Sequence record: PZ019084.1
Source: a phage
Strand: one strand, 5' to 3'
DNA: 64,000 bases
The notes below the pieces were generated by a model. The model was not told where the DNA came from and made no database searches. It saw nothing but the letters and a program-made list of their open reading frames with translations. Shown here one piece after another: positions 37,439-46,344 of the stretch (the stretch's first letter is position 1; each line of letters starts with the position of its first letter). The position numbers and the translations under genes are program-made.

Positions 37439-37466
37439 AATATCTCAATCATGAGCCTGTGTAAAC

Positions 37467-37742
37467 TTATTTCATATTATTGAAATATTCTTCTGCGATT
37501 TCGTCGTTATCATGGTAAACTTTAGAAGACAGTTTAACATAACCTTCAGCAGTGAACATGTTAATCACAACCTTTACAGTATACCACTGACCGTCTTCAT
37601 TACCCATTACTGCGTAAGTTTCAAACATCGGATGGTCAGGACCGATAACTTTAATATCATTCACTGTACGACCGAAATCTTCTGAAACGCATTTCATAAA
37701 GAAGTTGAACAGTTCGCCGTAATTATCCATTTTATTCTCCAA
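37467..37742 (-). CDS. Hypothetical protein
   Basis: 91 aa ORF downstream of an early promoter. Confidence 0.4.
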   Translation of the reverse strand: MENKMDNYGELFNFFMKCVSEDFGRTVNDIKVIGPDHPMFETYAVMGNEDGQWYTVKVVINMFTAEGYVKLSSKVYHDNDEIAEEYFNNMK

Positions 37743-37773
37743 GTTGTTTTCAGTATCAGTAGTTGATAGTTGT

Positions 37774-37804
37774 ATAGTACCATGGAAGAACAGAGATGTA
37801 AACC
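37774..37804 (-). promoter_or_regulatory. T4-type early promoter
   Basis: Plus strand tatagtacca...gatgtaaaccgttttgtgaaaaaa. Confidence 0.6.
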
Positions 37805-37941
37805 GTTTTGTGAAAAAATTTTAAAAATTTTTAGGGAATTCTAGGGCAGGGAGGGGCAATTAAAAGATAGGATAATATATTATAAAGGGTAGAAACTAAA
37901 TGATGCCTAGAGAGGTCCAGAAAGGCCTAGATGCCAAAAAG

Positions 37942-37960
37942 CCCTATCATTTAGATAGGG
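37942..37960 (-). terminator. Hairpin plus U-run (intrinsic terminator)
   Basis: Minus strand ccctatctaaatgatagggcTTTTTgg just downstream of ORF 37969-38532. Confidence 0.55.
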
Positions 37961-37968
37961 ATTTAAAA

Positions 37969-38532
37969 TTATTTATCTAGTTTAGTTATTATAGCTTCTG
38001 CGGCAGCTTTTAGCTTAGATGCGGTGTTAATACGATTTTTAATTTCAGTATACGCATCGCCAAGAACATCAAGGCTATCAGAATAAACACTTACACTATT
38101 GCGTTCGCTATTTGAAATAGAACCTTTAGTTTTACGATCAAAATCGGTGTACACGTCTTGAAGATCACGGGCTGCCTTCTTTGCATCATCCAATGCGTCA
38201 AGAGCTTTATTCAAAGCATTAACGTATTTTTTAGTGTCAAACATATTCTTAGAAATTTTAACAGGTGCGCGTTCAGGAGTAGCTAATGCAGATTTAGGAA
38301 CCTGAGCGCCAGATGCCAATTTCTTAGAAATTTTGAAAAACGCTTTATTGAATTTATTTTCTTGACTCATCGTAAAAGAACTATTATCGATGTTGTACAT
38401 TTCAATAGCTTTAGCTTTCCACTTAAGAAAATTGCCGCGGTCTTTTGGGTCCAAGTGGAAGAATACTTTAGTAAGATCTGCTTCAGATGGTAATTTTGCT
38501 GCTTCGGTTAAAAATTCGGCATAGGTTTTCAT
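37969..38532 (-). CDS. Candidate capsid-targeted internal protein (CTS-like N-terminus)
   Basis: 187 aa; N-terminus MKTYAEFLTEAAK resembles the CTS of ipII/ipIII; lysine/alanine-rich. Confidence 0.5.
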   Translation of the reverse strand: MKTYAEFLTEAAKLPSEADLTKVFFHLDPKDRGNFLKWKAKAIEMYNIDNSSFTMSQENKFNKAFFKISKKLASGAQVPKSALATPERAPVKISKNMFDTKKYVNALNKALDALDDAKKAARDLQDVYTDFDRKTKGSISNSERNSVSVYSDSLDVLGDAYTEIKNRINTASKLKAAAEAIITKLDK

Positions 38533-38627
38533 TTAAAATCCTTGAAATAATTTATCAGTTGGTTATTAATTATTTATTACTTTGTTATTATCCGTAACAG
38601 CATTCTCTATGTGATTCAAACTAAAAA

Positions 38628-38650
38628 GCCCCAACCTTTCGGTCGGGGCT
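38628..38650 (-). terminator. Hairpin plus U-run (intrinsic terminator)
   Basis: Minus strand agccccgaccgaaaggttggggcTTTTTag. Confidence 0.6.
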
Positions 38651-38657
38651 AAGAATG

Positions 38658-39131
38658 TTATTTGATTTGTTTAGCAGACCAAATGCGGTCTTTAATAATT
38701 TTTTGGATGTCTTCAACATACTCAAGAGAGTGAACATGTGGATTATCTTTGAAACTATAAGCACGGGCTAACTTTTGGCCTTCGGTTTTGATTACTAAAA
38801 GCTCTTTAAGGATAGCTTCATATTTAGCGATAATTCCTTTAACGATATTTTTTTCTTGTGCAGCTTTAGGATCTGCTTTAGGAGCAGGTTTACCCGAAGC
38901 CTTTGCAAAAGCAGCACCAGTAGCAACTAAACTTTTCCAGGCCATACTAACCGCATTTCCCGTAAATCCTTCTGCTTTCATGTCGCGAGCAAATTGGAAT
39001 CGTGATTCGTCAGAAGCATCTTTATAGGAATATTTACCCGCTGCAATGGCTGCTTTTGCGACAGCTTGAATTTCGGTGCTAGATGCTTCATTTAACACCG
39101 CTTCATTTAAAAATTGAGCATATGATTTCAT
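38658..39131 (-). CDS. Candidate capsid-targeted internal protein (CTS-like N-terminus)
   Basis: 157 aa; N-terminus MKSYAQFLNEAVLNEA resembles the CTS; late promoter TATAAATA 40 nt upstream. Confidence 0.5.
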   Translation of the reverse strand: MKSYAQFLNEAVLNEASSTEIQAVAKAAIAAGKYSYKDASDESRFQFARDMKAEGFTGNAVSMAWKSLVATGAAFAKASGKPAPKADPKAAQEKNIVKGIIAKYEAILKELLVIKTEGQKLARAYSFKDNPHVHSLEYVEDIQKIIKDRIWSAKQIK

Positions 39132-39171
39132 CTTATTTCCTGTTTTAATTCGTAGATTTAATATACTACTA

Positions 39172-39179
39172 TATTTATA
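39172..39179 (-). promoter_or_regulatory. Late promoter (TATAAATA)
   Basis: Plus strand tatttata = TATAAATA on coding strand, between terminator hairpin and ORF 38658-39131. Confidence 0.6.
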
Positions 39180-39186
39180 CTAAAAA

Positions 39187-39208
39187 GCCCCGACCTTTCG
39201 GTCGGGGC
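39187..39208 (-). terminator. Hairpin plus U-run (intrinsic terminator)
   Basis: Minus strand gccccgaccgaaaggtcggggcTTTTTa, downstream of the stable-RNA/tRNA region. Confidence 0.6.
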
Positions 39209-39258
39209 TAAGCCTTGCGGCAACCTTGTCGGGGTTCCACCTGCTAAGGCAAGTGTTT

Positions 39259-39420
39259 GTACGAAACGCCGGGATTCGAACCCGGTTATTAAGCAGTTGA
39301 CGCTACTCAATATTTTTAAAAGGCCATATCTCGACCATATCCGAACGTTCCGTCAAAAACGCTACTCGGCTTACGGCAAAGATATTTCCTCGAATCGATA
39401 ATTCTGTGCGCCGTTTCTGC
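39259..39420 (-). ncRNA. Candidate stable RNA with tRNA-like 3-prime domain (T4 species 1/2-like)
   Basis: Minus strand contains ACCGGGTTCGAATCCCGG (T-arm-like) followed by CGTTTCG pairing with AGAAACG about 150 nt upstream; too long for a tRNA, no ORF. Confidence 0.35.
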
Positions 39421-39426
39421 TGTGAT

Positions 39427-39475
39427 GTAAGGGGACATTAACAGATCGTAAAGATTTGTTAATGCCAGTCCTTAC
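39427..39475 (-). ncRNA. Extended imperfect hairpin, possible second small stable RNA
   Basis: Nested inverted repeats gtaagg/ccttac and cattaaca/tgttaatg in a non-coding stretch upstream of the tRNA-like RNA. Confidence 0.3.
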
Positions 39476-39520
39476 CCAGGGAACATCAGTCCGACGACTT
39501 ACCGGTAGCGACCCGGTTTC

Positions 39521-39871
39521 TTAATATTCTTTTAAAGCATTAATCTGTTCACGACGTTTACGCCATAAATCAATTACTTCATACGCAGATTCAGCATTTC
39601 GAATTGGACGGCATTTATATAAAGACTTATGATTTTGATATTGTGTAGATAACGGAATTTTATCTAAAAGGTCTTTACGTTCAAAGTATTCGTAACCATC
39701 TAAGCCAAATGAACGATTTTTGAGAAATTGCCAATGACCAAATTCGTTTTGAATATAAATATAATCCGCGTGTTGATAAAGTAAATTAATTTCACGAAAT
39801 GAGATATGTTTTTCATATTCATTGAAGTAAAATGTTAAATCATGAACTACTAAATAAACATTACCTTTCAT
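39521..39871 (-). CDS. Hypothetical protein embedded in the tRNA/stable-RNA region
   Basis: 116 aa ORF between tRNA-Arg and the stable-RNA region; no recognisable motif. Confidence 0.4.
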   Translation of the reverse strand: MKGNVYLVVHDLTFYFNEYEKHISFREINLLYQHADYIYIQNEFGHWQFLKNRSFGLDGYEYFERKDLLDKIPLSTQYQNHKSLYKCRPIRNAESAYEVIDLWRKRREQINALKEY

Positions 39872-39889
39872 ATTTTCCTCACTTATAAT

Positions 39890-39965
39890 TGGTCGAGGCA
39901 GTAGGGATCGAACCTACGACCTAGGACTTAGAAGGTCCTTGCTCTTCCTTCTGAGCTATGCCCCG
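39890..39965 (-). tRNA. tRNA-Arg (anticodon TCT)
   Basis: Minus strand folds as cloverleaf: acceptor CGGGGCA/TGCCTCG, anticodon loop CTTCTAA, T-arm GGTTCGATCC, CCA encoded. Confidence 0.8.
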
Positions 39966-40046
39966 TAATTGGGGTGACCGATGGGAGTCGAACCCATGAC
40001 TACGAGAATCACAATCTCGAGTTCTACCAACTGAACTACGGCCACA
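39966..40046 (-). tRNA. tRNA-His (anticodon GTG)
   Basis: Acceptor GTGGCCG/CGGTCAC, D-arm GTTCAGTTGGTAGAAC, anticodon loop TTGTGAT, T-arm GGGTTCGACTCCC, CCA encoded; no encoded G-1. The tRNA itself is approximately 39971-40046. Confidence 0.6.
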
Positions 40047-40159
40047 TTAATACCTACTCCAACAATCAAGATGTCTTCACACGAAATTAAGAGAAGAGTG
40101 ATCAGTTCAACCCCTATAATCGCGTCAAGTAGATATTAATGTGACAGTTGTCACAAATT

Positions 40160-40234
40160 TGGCGGACGTGATAGGATTCGAACCTATAACCAATCGCTTA
40201 ACAGGCGATCGCTCTGCCATTGAGCTACACATCC
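40160..40234 (-). tRNA. tRNA-Asn (anticodon GTT)
   Basis: Acceptor GGATGTG/CACGTCC, anticodon stem ATCGC/GCGAT with loop CTGTTAA, T-arm AGGTTCGAATCCT, CCA encoded. Confidence 0.7.
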
Positions 40235-40238
40235 AAAT

Positions 40239-40325
40239 TGGTGGGGAGTGATGGAGTCGAACCACCCGAGTCGCAATGACAATGGATTTACAGTCCACAC
40301 CGCTACCTCTACGGGATAACTCCCC
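40239..40325 (-). tRNA. tRNA-Tyr (anticodon GTA), long variable arm
   Basis: Acceptor GGGGAGT/ACTCCCC, anticodon loop CTGTAAA, long variable arm, T-arm GGTGGTTCGACTCCATC, CCA encoded. Confidence 0.65.
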
Positions 40326-40338
40326 TTAATTCTTAATT

Positions 40339-40413
40339 TGGTGGCCCTGGGTGGAATTGAACCACCATCTGGCGATTATGAGTCGCTTGCTTGAACCTTC
40401 CAGCTACAGGGCC
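40339..40413 (-). tRNA. tRNA with CAT anticodon (Ile, as in T4, or Met)
   Basis: Acceptor GGCCCTG/CAGGGCC, anticodon loop CTCATAA, T-arm GGTGGTTCAATTCCACC, CCA encoded; position matches T4 tRNA-Ile. Confidence 0.65.
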
Positions 40414-40414
40414 T

Positions 40415-40490
40415 TGGTGCTGATTGACGGAATCGAACCGCCGACCTTCTCATTACAAGTGAGTTGCTCTACCTACTGAGCTAAATCAGC
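40415..40490 (-). tRNA. tRNA-Thr (anticodon TGT)
   Basis: Acceptor GCTGATT/AATCAGC, D-arm GCTCAGTAGGTAGAGC, anticodon loop CTTGTAA, T-arm GGCGGTTCGATTCCGTC, CCA encoded. Confidence 0.8.
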
Positions 40491-40495
40491 AAAAC

Positions 40496-40585
40496 TGGCG
40501 GAGGCGATAGGATTTGAACCTATGAGTCGCCGGAGCGACTGCCGGTTTTCAAGACCGGTGCATTAAACCACTCTGCCACGCCTCC
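40496..40585 (-). tRNA. tRNA-Ser (anticodon TGA), long variable arm
   Basis: Acceptor GGAGGCG/CGCCTCC, anticodon stem CCGGT/ACCGG with loop CTTGAAA, long variable arm, T-arm AGGTTCAAATCCT. Confidence 0.8.
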
Positions 40586-40587
40586 AG

Positions 40588-40661
40588 TCTCCATACAAGG
40601 ATTTGAACCTTGGACCTCCTGATCCCAAATCAGGCGCTCTACCAAACTGAGCTACACGGAG
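40588..40661 (-). tRNA. tRNA-Pro (anticodon TGG), CCA not encoded
   Basis: Acceptor CTCCGTG/TATGGAG, anticodon stem CCTGA/TCAGG with loop TTTGGGA, T-arm AAGGTTCAAATCCTT. Confidence 0.75.
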
Positions 40662-40671
40662 TAAATTAAAT

Positions 40672-40745
<74 letters not shown>

Positions 40746-40750
40746 AAATT

Positions 40751-40837
40751 TGGTGCGAGAAGTGGGACTCGAACCCACAAGGAAATCATTCCGCAGCATT
40801 TTAAGTGCTGTGCCTTTACCAATTTGACCATTCTCGC
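40751..40837 (-). tRNA. tRNA-Leu (anticodon TAA), long variable arm
   Basis: Acceptor GCGAGAA/TTCTCGC, anticodon loop CTTAAAA, long variable arm, T-arm GGGTTCGAGTCCC, CCA encoded. Confidence 0.8.
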
Positions 40838-40838
40838 G

Positions 40839-40911
40839 CTGGGAATAAAGGACTTGAACCTTTGCATCCTGGAATCAAAATCCAGTGCCTTACCAACTTG
40901 GCTAATTCCCA
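40839..40911 (-). tRNA. tRNA-Gln (anticodon TTG), CCA not encoded
   Basis: Acceptor TGGGAAT/ATTCCCA, anticodon stem CTGGA/TCCAG with loop TTTTGAT, T-arm AAGGTTCAAGTCCTT. Confidence 0.75.
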
Positions 40912-41008
40912 ATTATTAACAAAGGCTCTCAAACAAGAACCCTTGATGATAGAGGGTATTAATCAGTGCGATATGAGTTAATAATAACAAATAATTCTTA
41001 AAGCATAT

Positions 41009-41296
41009 TTACCATTTATGATAATACATATTTACGATGCATTCAAGATCTAAAGGATTCTTGAAAATATCATATTCAAGAGGACCTTTTTCCGTTTCAA
41101 TAAAGAAATCAAAGTTAACTGTGTTAAATTTACGGTCTTCCTTCACTAATTTAACTTGAGAAGATGAACGGTCAATGTAAACCTTTTCAACTTCAAAATA
41201 TGTTAAAATGCCATAATCATCAATCAAGGCTTTAGCCGCGTCTTGATCATATTTATATCCATTTTCAATGGACGATACTTTCGCATAAAGAATCAT
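41009..41296 (-). CDS. Hypothetical protein
   Basis: 95 aa ORF upstream of the tRNA cluster. Confidence 0.4.
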   Translation of the reverse strand: MILYAKVSSIENGYKYDQDAAKALIDDYGILTYFEVEKVYIDRSSSQVKLVKEDRKFNTVNFDFFIETEKGPLEYDIFKNPLDLECIVNMYYHKW

Positions 41297-41298
41297 TA

Positions 41299-41709
41299 TT
41301 AACCTTTATCAACAATAGTATGAGTATGGGCATTTACAATTTGCCACCAGTCGAAACTATCGCCAAATCGTTTTGATTTATTGTCTTCAATAATTTGGCG
41401 TAATTCATCTTCTGTTTCAGCATACGCAATCAAATCATCATATCCACCGCAAGGATAGTAATTATCGCCTGCGAACAAAAGAAAATTTACTTTAGATGGG
41501 TCTACATAATAATGCTCTTTAGGATATTTAGTTCCTCTCCAATCAGTTACTTCAACATAACGATAAGAAAATCCATTTTTACTTTCAATCCAACTCCACG
41601 CTTCAAAAGGAGTATTAAAAACTTTATCAGGTATTAAATTACCTTCAAAATGAGAAGGATTTGCATAATCCCCAGCATAAACATAGTATTCGTTAATACT
41701 TACACTCAT
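41299..41709 (-). CDS. Hypothetical protein
   Basis: Start set at MSVSINEYYV (AGGTGA RBS); aromatic-rich. Confidence 0.4.
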   Translation of the reverse strand: MSVSINEYYVYAGDYANPSHFEGNLIPDKVFNTPFEAWSWIESKNGFSYRYVEVTDWRGTKYPKEHYYVDPSKVNFLLFAGDNYYPCGGYDDLIAYAETEDELRQIIEDNKSKRFGDSFDWWQIVNAHTHTIVDKG

Positions 41710-41710
41710 T

Positions 41711-41896
41711 CTATTCACCTTTAGAAATTTTATCCATAACAATAGCGATTAAACCAATTAAAAATGCTACTACAAGTGAAAAAACATTTTCTGCTGTAGT
41801 CAATAATCCGCATATAAATCCAACAAACATTGAAAAACTAAAAGCGGAAGCAGAAATTGCAATAGCAACATTTCGAATTAATTCACAACGTTTCAT
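41711..41896 (-). CDS. Small membrane protein
   Basis: 61 aa, two hydrophobic segments; downstream of early promoter. Confidence 0.4.
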   Translation of the reverse strand: MKRCELIRNVAIAISASAFSFSMFVGFICGLLTTAENVFSLVVAFLIGLIAIVMDKISKGE

Positions 41897-41922
41897 TTTA
41901 TTCTCCTCGGTAGTTGATAGGG

Positions 41923-41954
41923 TAATAGTATCACAACTAAAACCCTATGTAAAC
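41923..41954 (-). promoter_or_regulatory. T4-type early promoter with flanking inverted repeat
   Basis: Plus strand atagggtaatagtatcacaactaaaaccctatgtaaac: -10 complement inside inverted repeat ataggg/ccctat, then gtaaac. Confidence 0.55.
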
Positions 41955-41972
41955 AACTTTGTGAAATATTTA

Positions 41973-42260
41973 TTACAAAAGATTTTTAGCAATAATCTTG
42001 AGATATGCCGCAGAAATGTGTTTAGCTTTAAACAACGCAGTTTCTTCAGCAGGAGAGATAATGATTGTAGCACCATCCTTTTTAGCAGACCACCCATCAC
42101 CTAGGTAAACAGTACCTTTGATTTCTTCGCCATCAACCAAGCTAATCATTGGTTTACCTTCTCGTCCTTTATTTGCTTTAATAACTTCAGAAGTAAGAGT
42201 AGCTTCAGTAATAGTAGAAACCGGGGTAGTTGTAGAAGTAAATTCTTTGAAAGTTTTCAT
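41973..42260 (-). CDS. Internal protein at the ipI locus (CTS-like N-terminus)
   Basis: 95 aa (same as T4 IPI precursor length); N-terminus MKTFKEFTSTTT; located just upstream of 57B as ipI is in T4. Confidence 0.5.
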   Translation of the reverse strand: MKTFKEFTSTTTPVSTITEATLTSEVIKANKGREGKPMISLVDGEEIKGTVYLGDGWSAKKDGATIIISPAEETALFKAKHISAAYLKIIAKNLL

Positions 42261-42288
42261 TTTATTTTCCTAATTAATTTTGATGAGA

Positions 42289-42320
42289 TAATAGTATCAC
42301 TACCTCATCAGCATGTAAAC
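42289..42320 (-). promoter_or_regulatory. T4-type early promoter with flanking inverted repeat
   Basis: Plus strand gatgagataatagtatcactacctcatcagcatgtaaac: -10 complement within gatgag/ctcatc repeat, then gtaaac. Confidence 0.55.
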
Positions 42321-42332
42321 AACTTTGTGAAA

Positions 42333-43029
<697 letters not shown>

Positions 43030-43030
<1 letters not shown>

Positions 43031-43743
43031 TATAGTACCTTTAGTGTATTTTTAATTTTAGAAAAAAGTTCTTCAAGAGAACCATCGTTTGTAATTACTA
43101 AATCGCCATCACGAATTGGCAATCCAGCTTCTGTAATATGAGTATCATTGGATTTTTGACCAGGACGAACTACATGAATTACTGTAGCACCCATCGCCCT
43201 AGCCGCATCCATTTCATGATCTTGACGAGTATCAGGAACGATATAATAATCATAACCTGAGTTAAATTTATCAAGATAATCTAAAGCAAATAATTTTACC
43301 CAATACATGCGGTCGAAGTTATTAACAATCAAATCCGTACCTAGGGCTTGCATCAGACGACGGACTGACCATTGATCTTCAATATTATTTATAACGTCAG
43401 CAATCTTGTTAAATGCTACGAAATTAACTGCGTCATCAAAAACAAACACACCTTTAATTGGACTTTTACTATTAAGATAGCAAAATGCTTGTCCCATAAT
43501 CGTAATTACTTCTAATTTAGTCAGATTTAAATTAGTCTCACGATCATAGTCAATTCCTTCAAACTCTTTACGAGTTAAGCAAGGATAGTCAGTGTTTGCT
43601 GCAAATACACCCCATGCATAAGCCAATGCATCTTTAATAGGACCAGCAAGTTGATATTTAACTGCAGAATAATTATTCATAATAAAATCTGCAGTAGTAT
43701 CTTTTCCACTACGCTTTACACCACTTAAAAAGATTAGTTTCAT
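43030..43743 (-). CDS. 1: dNMP kinase gp1
   Basis: 237 aa; P-loop GVKRSGKDT near N-terminus; position between 57A and gene 3. Confidence 0.85.
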
Positions 43744-43792
43744 ATGTTTCTCCTCAAATTTAGTTAAGATTATAACACATGAAACTGAAGCA

Positions 43793-44323
43793 TTAAACTT
43801 CTGCTATAATTTTACCATCTTTTTCTACTTGAAAATACGTATAAGGAATCGTTGCTGTACATACTAAAGCCGGGTCTGAATCTTCCGTGTAGCTAAATTC
43901 TACTTCAGACAGGTCAGAAACCCAAGGCTTATAAAAATTTATTGACATCACGATTTCAGTTTTACTATTATCTAAAATGTAAAGCGTAATGTATTCAGGA
44001 CCTGTTTTTTGGGCAGTATTTTCGCCTGTAAGATAGTTACTAGTTCCTAGCATCCATTCATACATTCCTATCCACGACTTAAGTTCTTCATCAACTATAA
44101 ATCTCACGATGAGTGGGTCGTACTCAAATGTAACACCTGGACGTTGTGCTCGGCCTAGTCCAAACGGCCCAGTCACGGTATCAGTAACAGGTATCCTAAT
44201 TCCCGGAATAGGAACTGACTGAGCATTTAAAGTAAAAGCAGATGTAGTATTACTATGCGGTATTGATACTACAAAGTTAGTTGTATTTGCTTGGTTAAAA
44301 ATTTGTTGTAGTGCTTGCGACAT
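43793..44323 (-). CDS. 3: Tail completion/sheath stabiliser gp3
   Basis: Start set at MSQALQQIFNQ with GAGGA RBS, giving 176 aa (the T4 gp3 length as I remember it); the longer ORF-finder start lacks an RBS. Confidence 0.7.
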   Translation of the reverse strand: MSQALQQIFNQANTTNFVVSIPHSNTTSAFTLNAQSVPIPGIRIPVTDTVTGPFGLGRAQRPGVTFEYDPLIVRFIVDEELKSWIGMYEWMLGTSNYLTGENTAQKTGPEYITLYILDNSKTEIVMSINFYKPWVSDLSEVEFSYTEDSDPALVCTATIPYTYFQVEKDGKIIAEV

Positions 44324-44429
44324 ATATTCCTCATAATGCTTCATAAATGTTAGTGGTATAATGGGTCTAAGTCCCTTCCATTCAATTCCAATTAGAACAA
44401 ACAATAGAAAAGAATGGAAGATAATAGAA

Positions 44430-45254
44430 TTAGATATTTGACCAGACTTTGTTTGCAGAGAAACGTTTTCCTTTTGAAACGAACTGCTGAAGTGGCATTA
44501 ACACAACGTTCGCCCAGTCTTTCGGGGCGATTTCAACAAGGCTACCCATAATATTACCGGGTATATATGCCTTAATCATTTGGTCTGCACCCCTAAATCC
44601 TTTCACTTGACTCCAATCAATTTTTAATTTCGTTTTATTAGTAATAGTAGGCGTATTTGAATATTGCTTTAAAAGCTCTTCTAGAAATTGCTGACGAGCT
44701 TTAGGTGGAATATAGTGCAAGTTCAATCCGTACATTAAATTATGTTTACCTAAACCGAGGTAAATTATCAAAGGAAATTTATCCCAGTAAGGAAGAGTTT
44801 CTTTGTGTTTAGCATCATAAGCAAAAGCATATATTCGTCCCGGCTGAGGGCGAACAACTTTATGTCCTTTTACTTGCTTAATAGTTTCAGCAAACCACTT
44901 TCTGGTTTTATTATTAATTGCTGCACCTTCATTACGAATTTTATCACGCAATGTTTGCCTGAATGAATTTATCATAAGCAGTTGTCTTTCTTGCTTATTG
45001 AGTTTATTCATTGGTTTTGATTCAAGCTTTTGAATCTTTTCAGCCGTTTTAATTCCTGAAGCATATTTTGACATTGCCGAAGTAAACGTAGAGTATTTGA
45101 TTCCTCTTTCTTCAGCAAATTGCTTTCCTGTCATTCCTTTTGCTTTGGCCTTTCTGTATTCAAGACCTATCTGAATCCATTTCTTTTCGTTTAATGATTG
45201 CTTAACCTTTGGAACTTGGGGAGTGCTTTCATTAATTATTTGAAAAATAGCCAT
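44430..45254 (-). CDS. 2: DNA end protector gp2
   Basis: 274 aa, same as T4 gp2; position between genes 3 and 4. Confidence 0.8.
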   Translation of the reverse strand: MAIFQIINESTPQVPKVKQSLNEKKWIQIGLEYRKAKAKGMTGKQFAEERGIKYSTFTSAMSKYASGIKTAEKIQKLESKPMNKLNKQERQLLMINSFRQTLRDKIRNEGAAINNKTRKWFAETIKQVKGHKVVRPQPGRIYAFAYDAKHKETLPYWDKFPLIIYLGLGKHNLMYGLNLHYIPPKARQQFLEELLKQYSNTPTITNKTKLKIDWSQVKGFRGADQMIKAYIPGNIMGSLVEIAPKDWANVVLMPLQQFVSKGKRFSANKVWSNI

Positions 45255-45706
45255 TATGCCCCCTTAAAGCCAAGAGCTCGTAATCCATCTTCTGTTAGAA
45301 TTCTAAATTTTATTCCACGCTTTTCAGCTAAAGCTTGCGCTGCTTTCCATTTGTCAGTATTAACGGAATATGTATAAATTTCATTCATAAATCTTTTCTT
45401 CGCTGCAGTTGTTAGATGTGCTGGTTTAACTGGTGGTTGTGTTTCTTTTTTAGGTTTTATTTCAATAAAAAATTCTTGTCCAGAAGAATCTTTCATCCAA
45501 ATGTCCATGAAGTATCTACGTTTTTTCCCTTCTGCATTACAAAAATAAGGAATTACTGCTGTTTCACTACCCCATGCAATAATTTCTGGATTTTTATCTA
45601 ACCATTCAAAAAAGAATTTTTCCCAATTTGATCTATACGTAATTTTTTTAGGGTCACCTCTATATTTTGATATATTTTTAGGAACCCATTTTCCAGAATA
45701 TGCCAT
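45254..45706 (-). CDS. 4: Head completion protein gp4
   Basis: 150 aa, same as T4 gp4; late promoter directly upstream. Confidence 0.8.
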   Translation of the reverse strand: MAYSGKWVPKNISKYRGDPKKITYRSNWEKFFFEWLDKNPEIIAWGSETAVIPYFCNAEGKKRRYFMDIWMKDSSGQEFFIEIKPKKETQPPVKPAHLTTAAKKRFMNEIYTYSVNTDKWKAAQALAEKRGIKFRILTEDGLRALGFKGA

Positions 45707-45717
45707 TGGATTCTCCT

Positions 45718-45740
45718 TATAAATAGATAATATATTTATA
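45718..45740. promoter_or_regulatory. Divergent late promoters for gene 53 (plus) and gene 4 (minus)
   Basis: TATAAATA on plus strand at 45718-45725; tatttata (TATAAATA on minus) at 45733-45740. Confidence 0.7.
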
Positions 45741-45753
45741 AACAGGAGGGCCC

Positions 45754-46344
45754 ATGCTCTTTACATTTTTTGATCCGATTGAATATGCGGCCAAAACGGT
45801 GAATAAAAACGCGCCGACTATTCCTATGACAGATATTTTTAGAAACTATAAAGACTATTTTAAACGCGCTCTTGCGGGATACCGCTTACGTACTTACTAT
45901 ATCAAAGGTTCACCACGCCCGGAAGAATTAGCAAATACTATATATGGAAATCCACAGTTGTATTGGGTTTTATTGATGTGTAATGATAATTATGATCCGT
46001 ATTATGGATGGATTACTTCGCAAGAAGCTGCTTATCAAGCATCTATACAAAAATATAAAAATGTAGGTGGAGACCAAATAGTATATCACGTGAATGAGAA
46101 TGGTGAAAAATTTTATAATTTAGTATCATACGATGATAATCCATATGTTTGGTATGACAAAGGCGATAAAGCTAGAAAATATCCTCAATATGAAGGAGCA
46201 CTTGCTGCTGTTAATACGTATGAAGATGCTGTTCTTGAAAATGAAAAACTTCGTCAAATAAAAATAATAGCAAAATCAGACATCAATTCATTTATGAACG
46301 ACCTTATACGTATAATGGAGAAATCTTATGGAAATGATAAGTAA
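45754..46344 (+). CDS. 53: Baseplate wedge protein gp53
   Basis: 196 aa, same as T4 gp53; first gene of the plus-strand baseplate module. Confidence 0.8.
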   Translation: MLFTFFDPIEYAAKTVNKNAPTIPMTDIFRNYKDYFKRALAGYRLRTYYIKGSPRPEELANTIYGNPQLYWVLLMCNDNYDPYYGWITSQEAAYQASIQKYKNVGGDQIVYHVNENGEKFYNLVSYDDNPYVWYDKGDKARKYPQYEGALAAVNTYEDAVLENEKLRQIKIIAKSDINSFMNDLIRIMEKSYGNDK

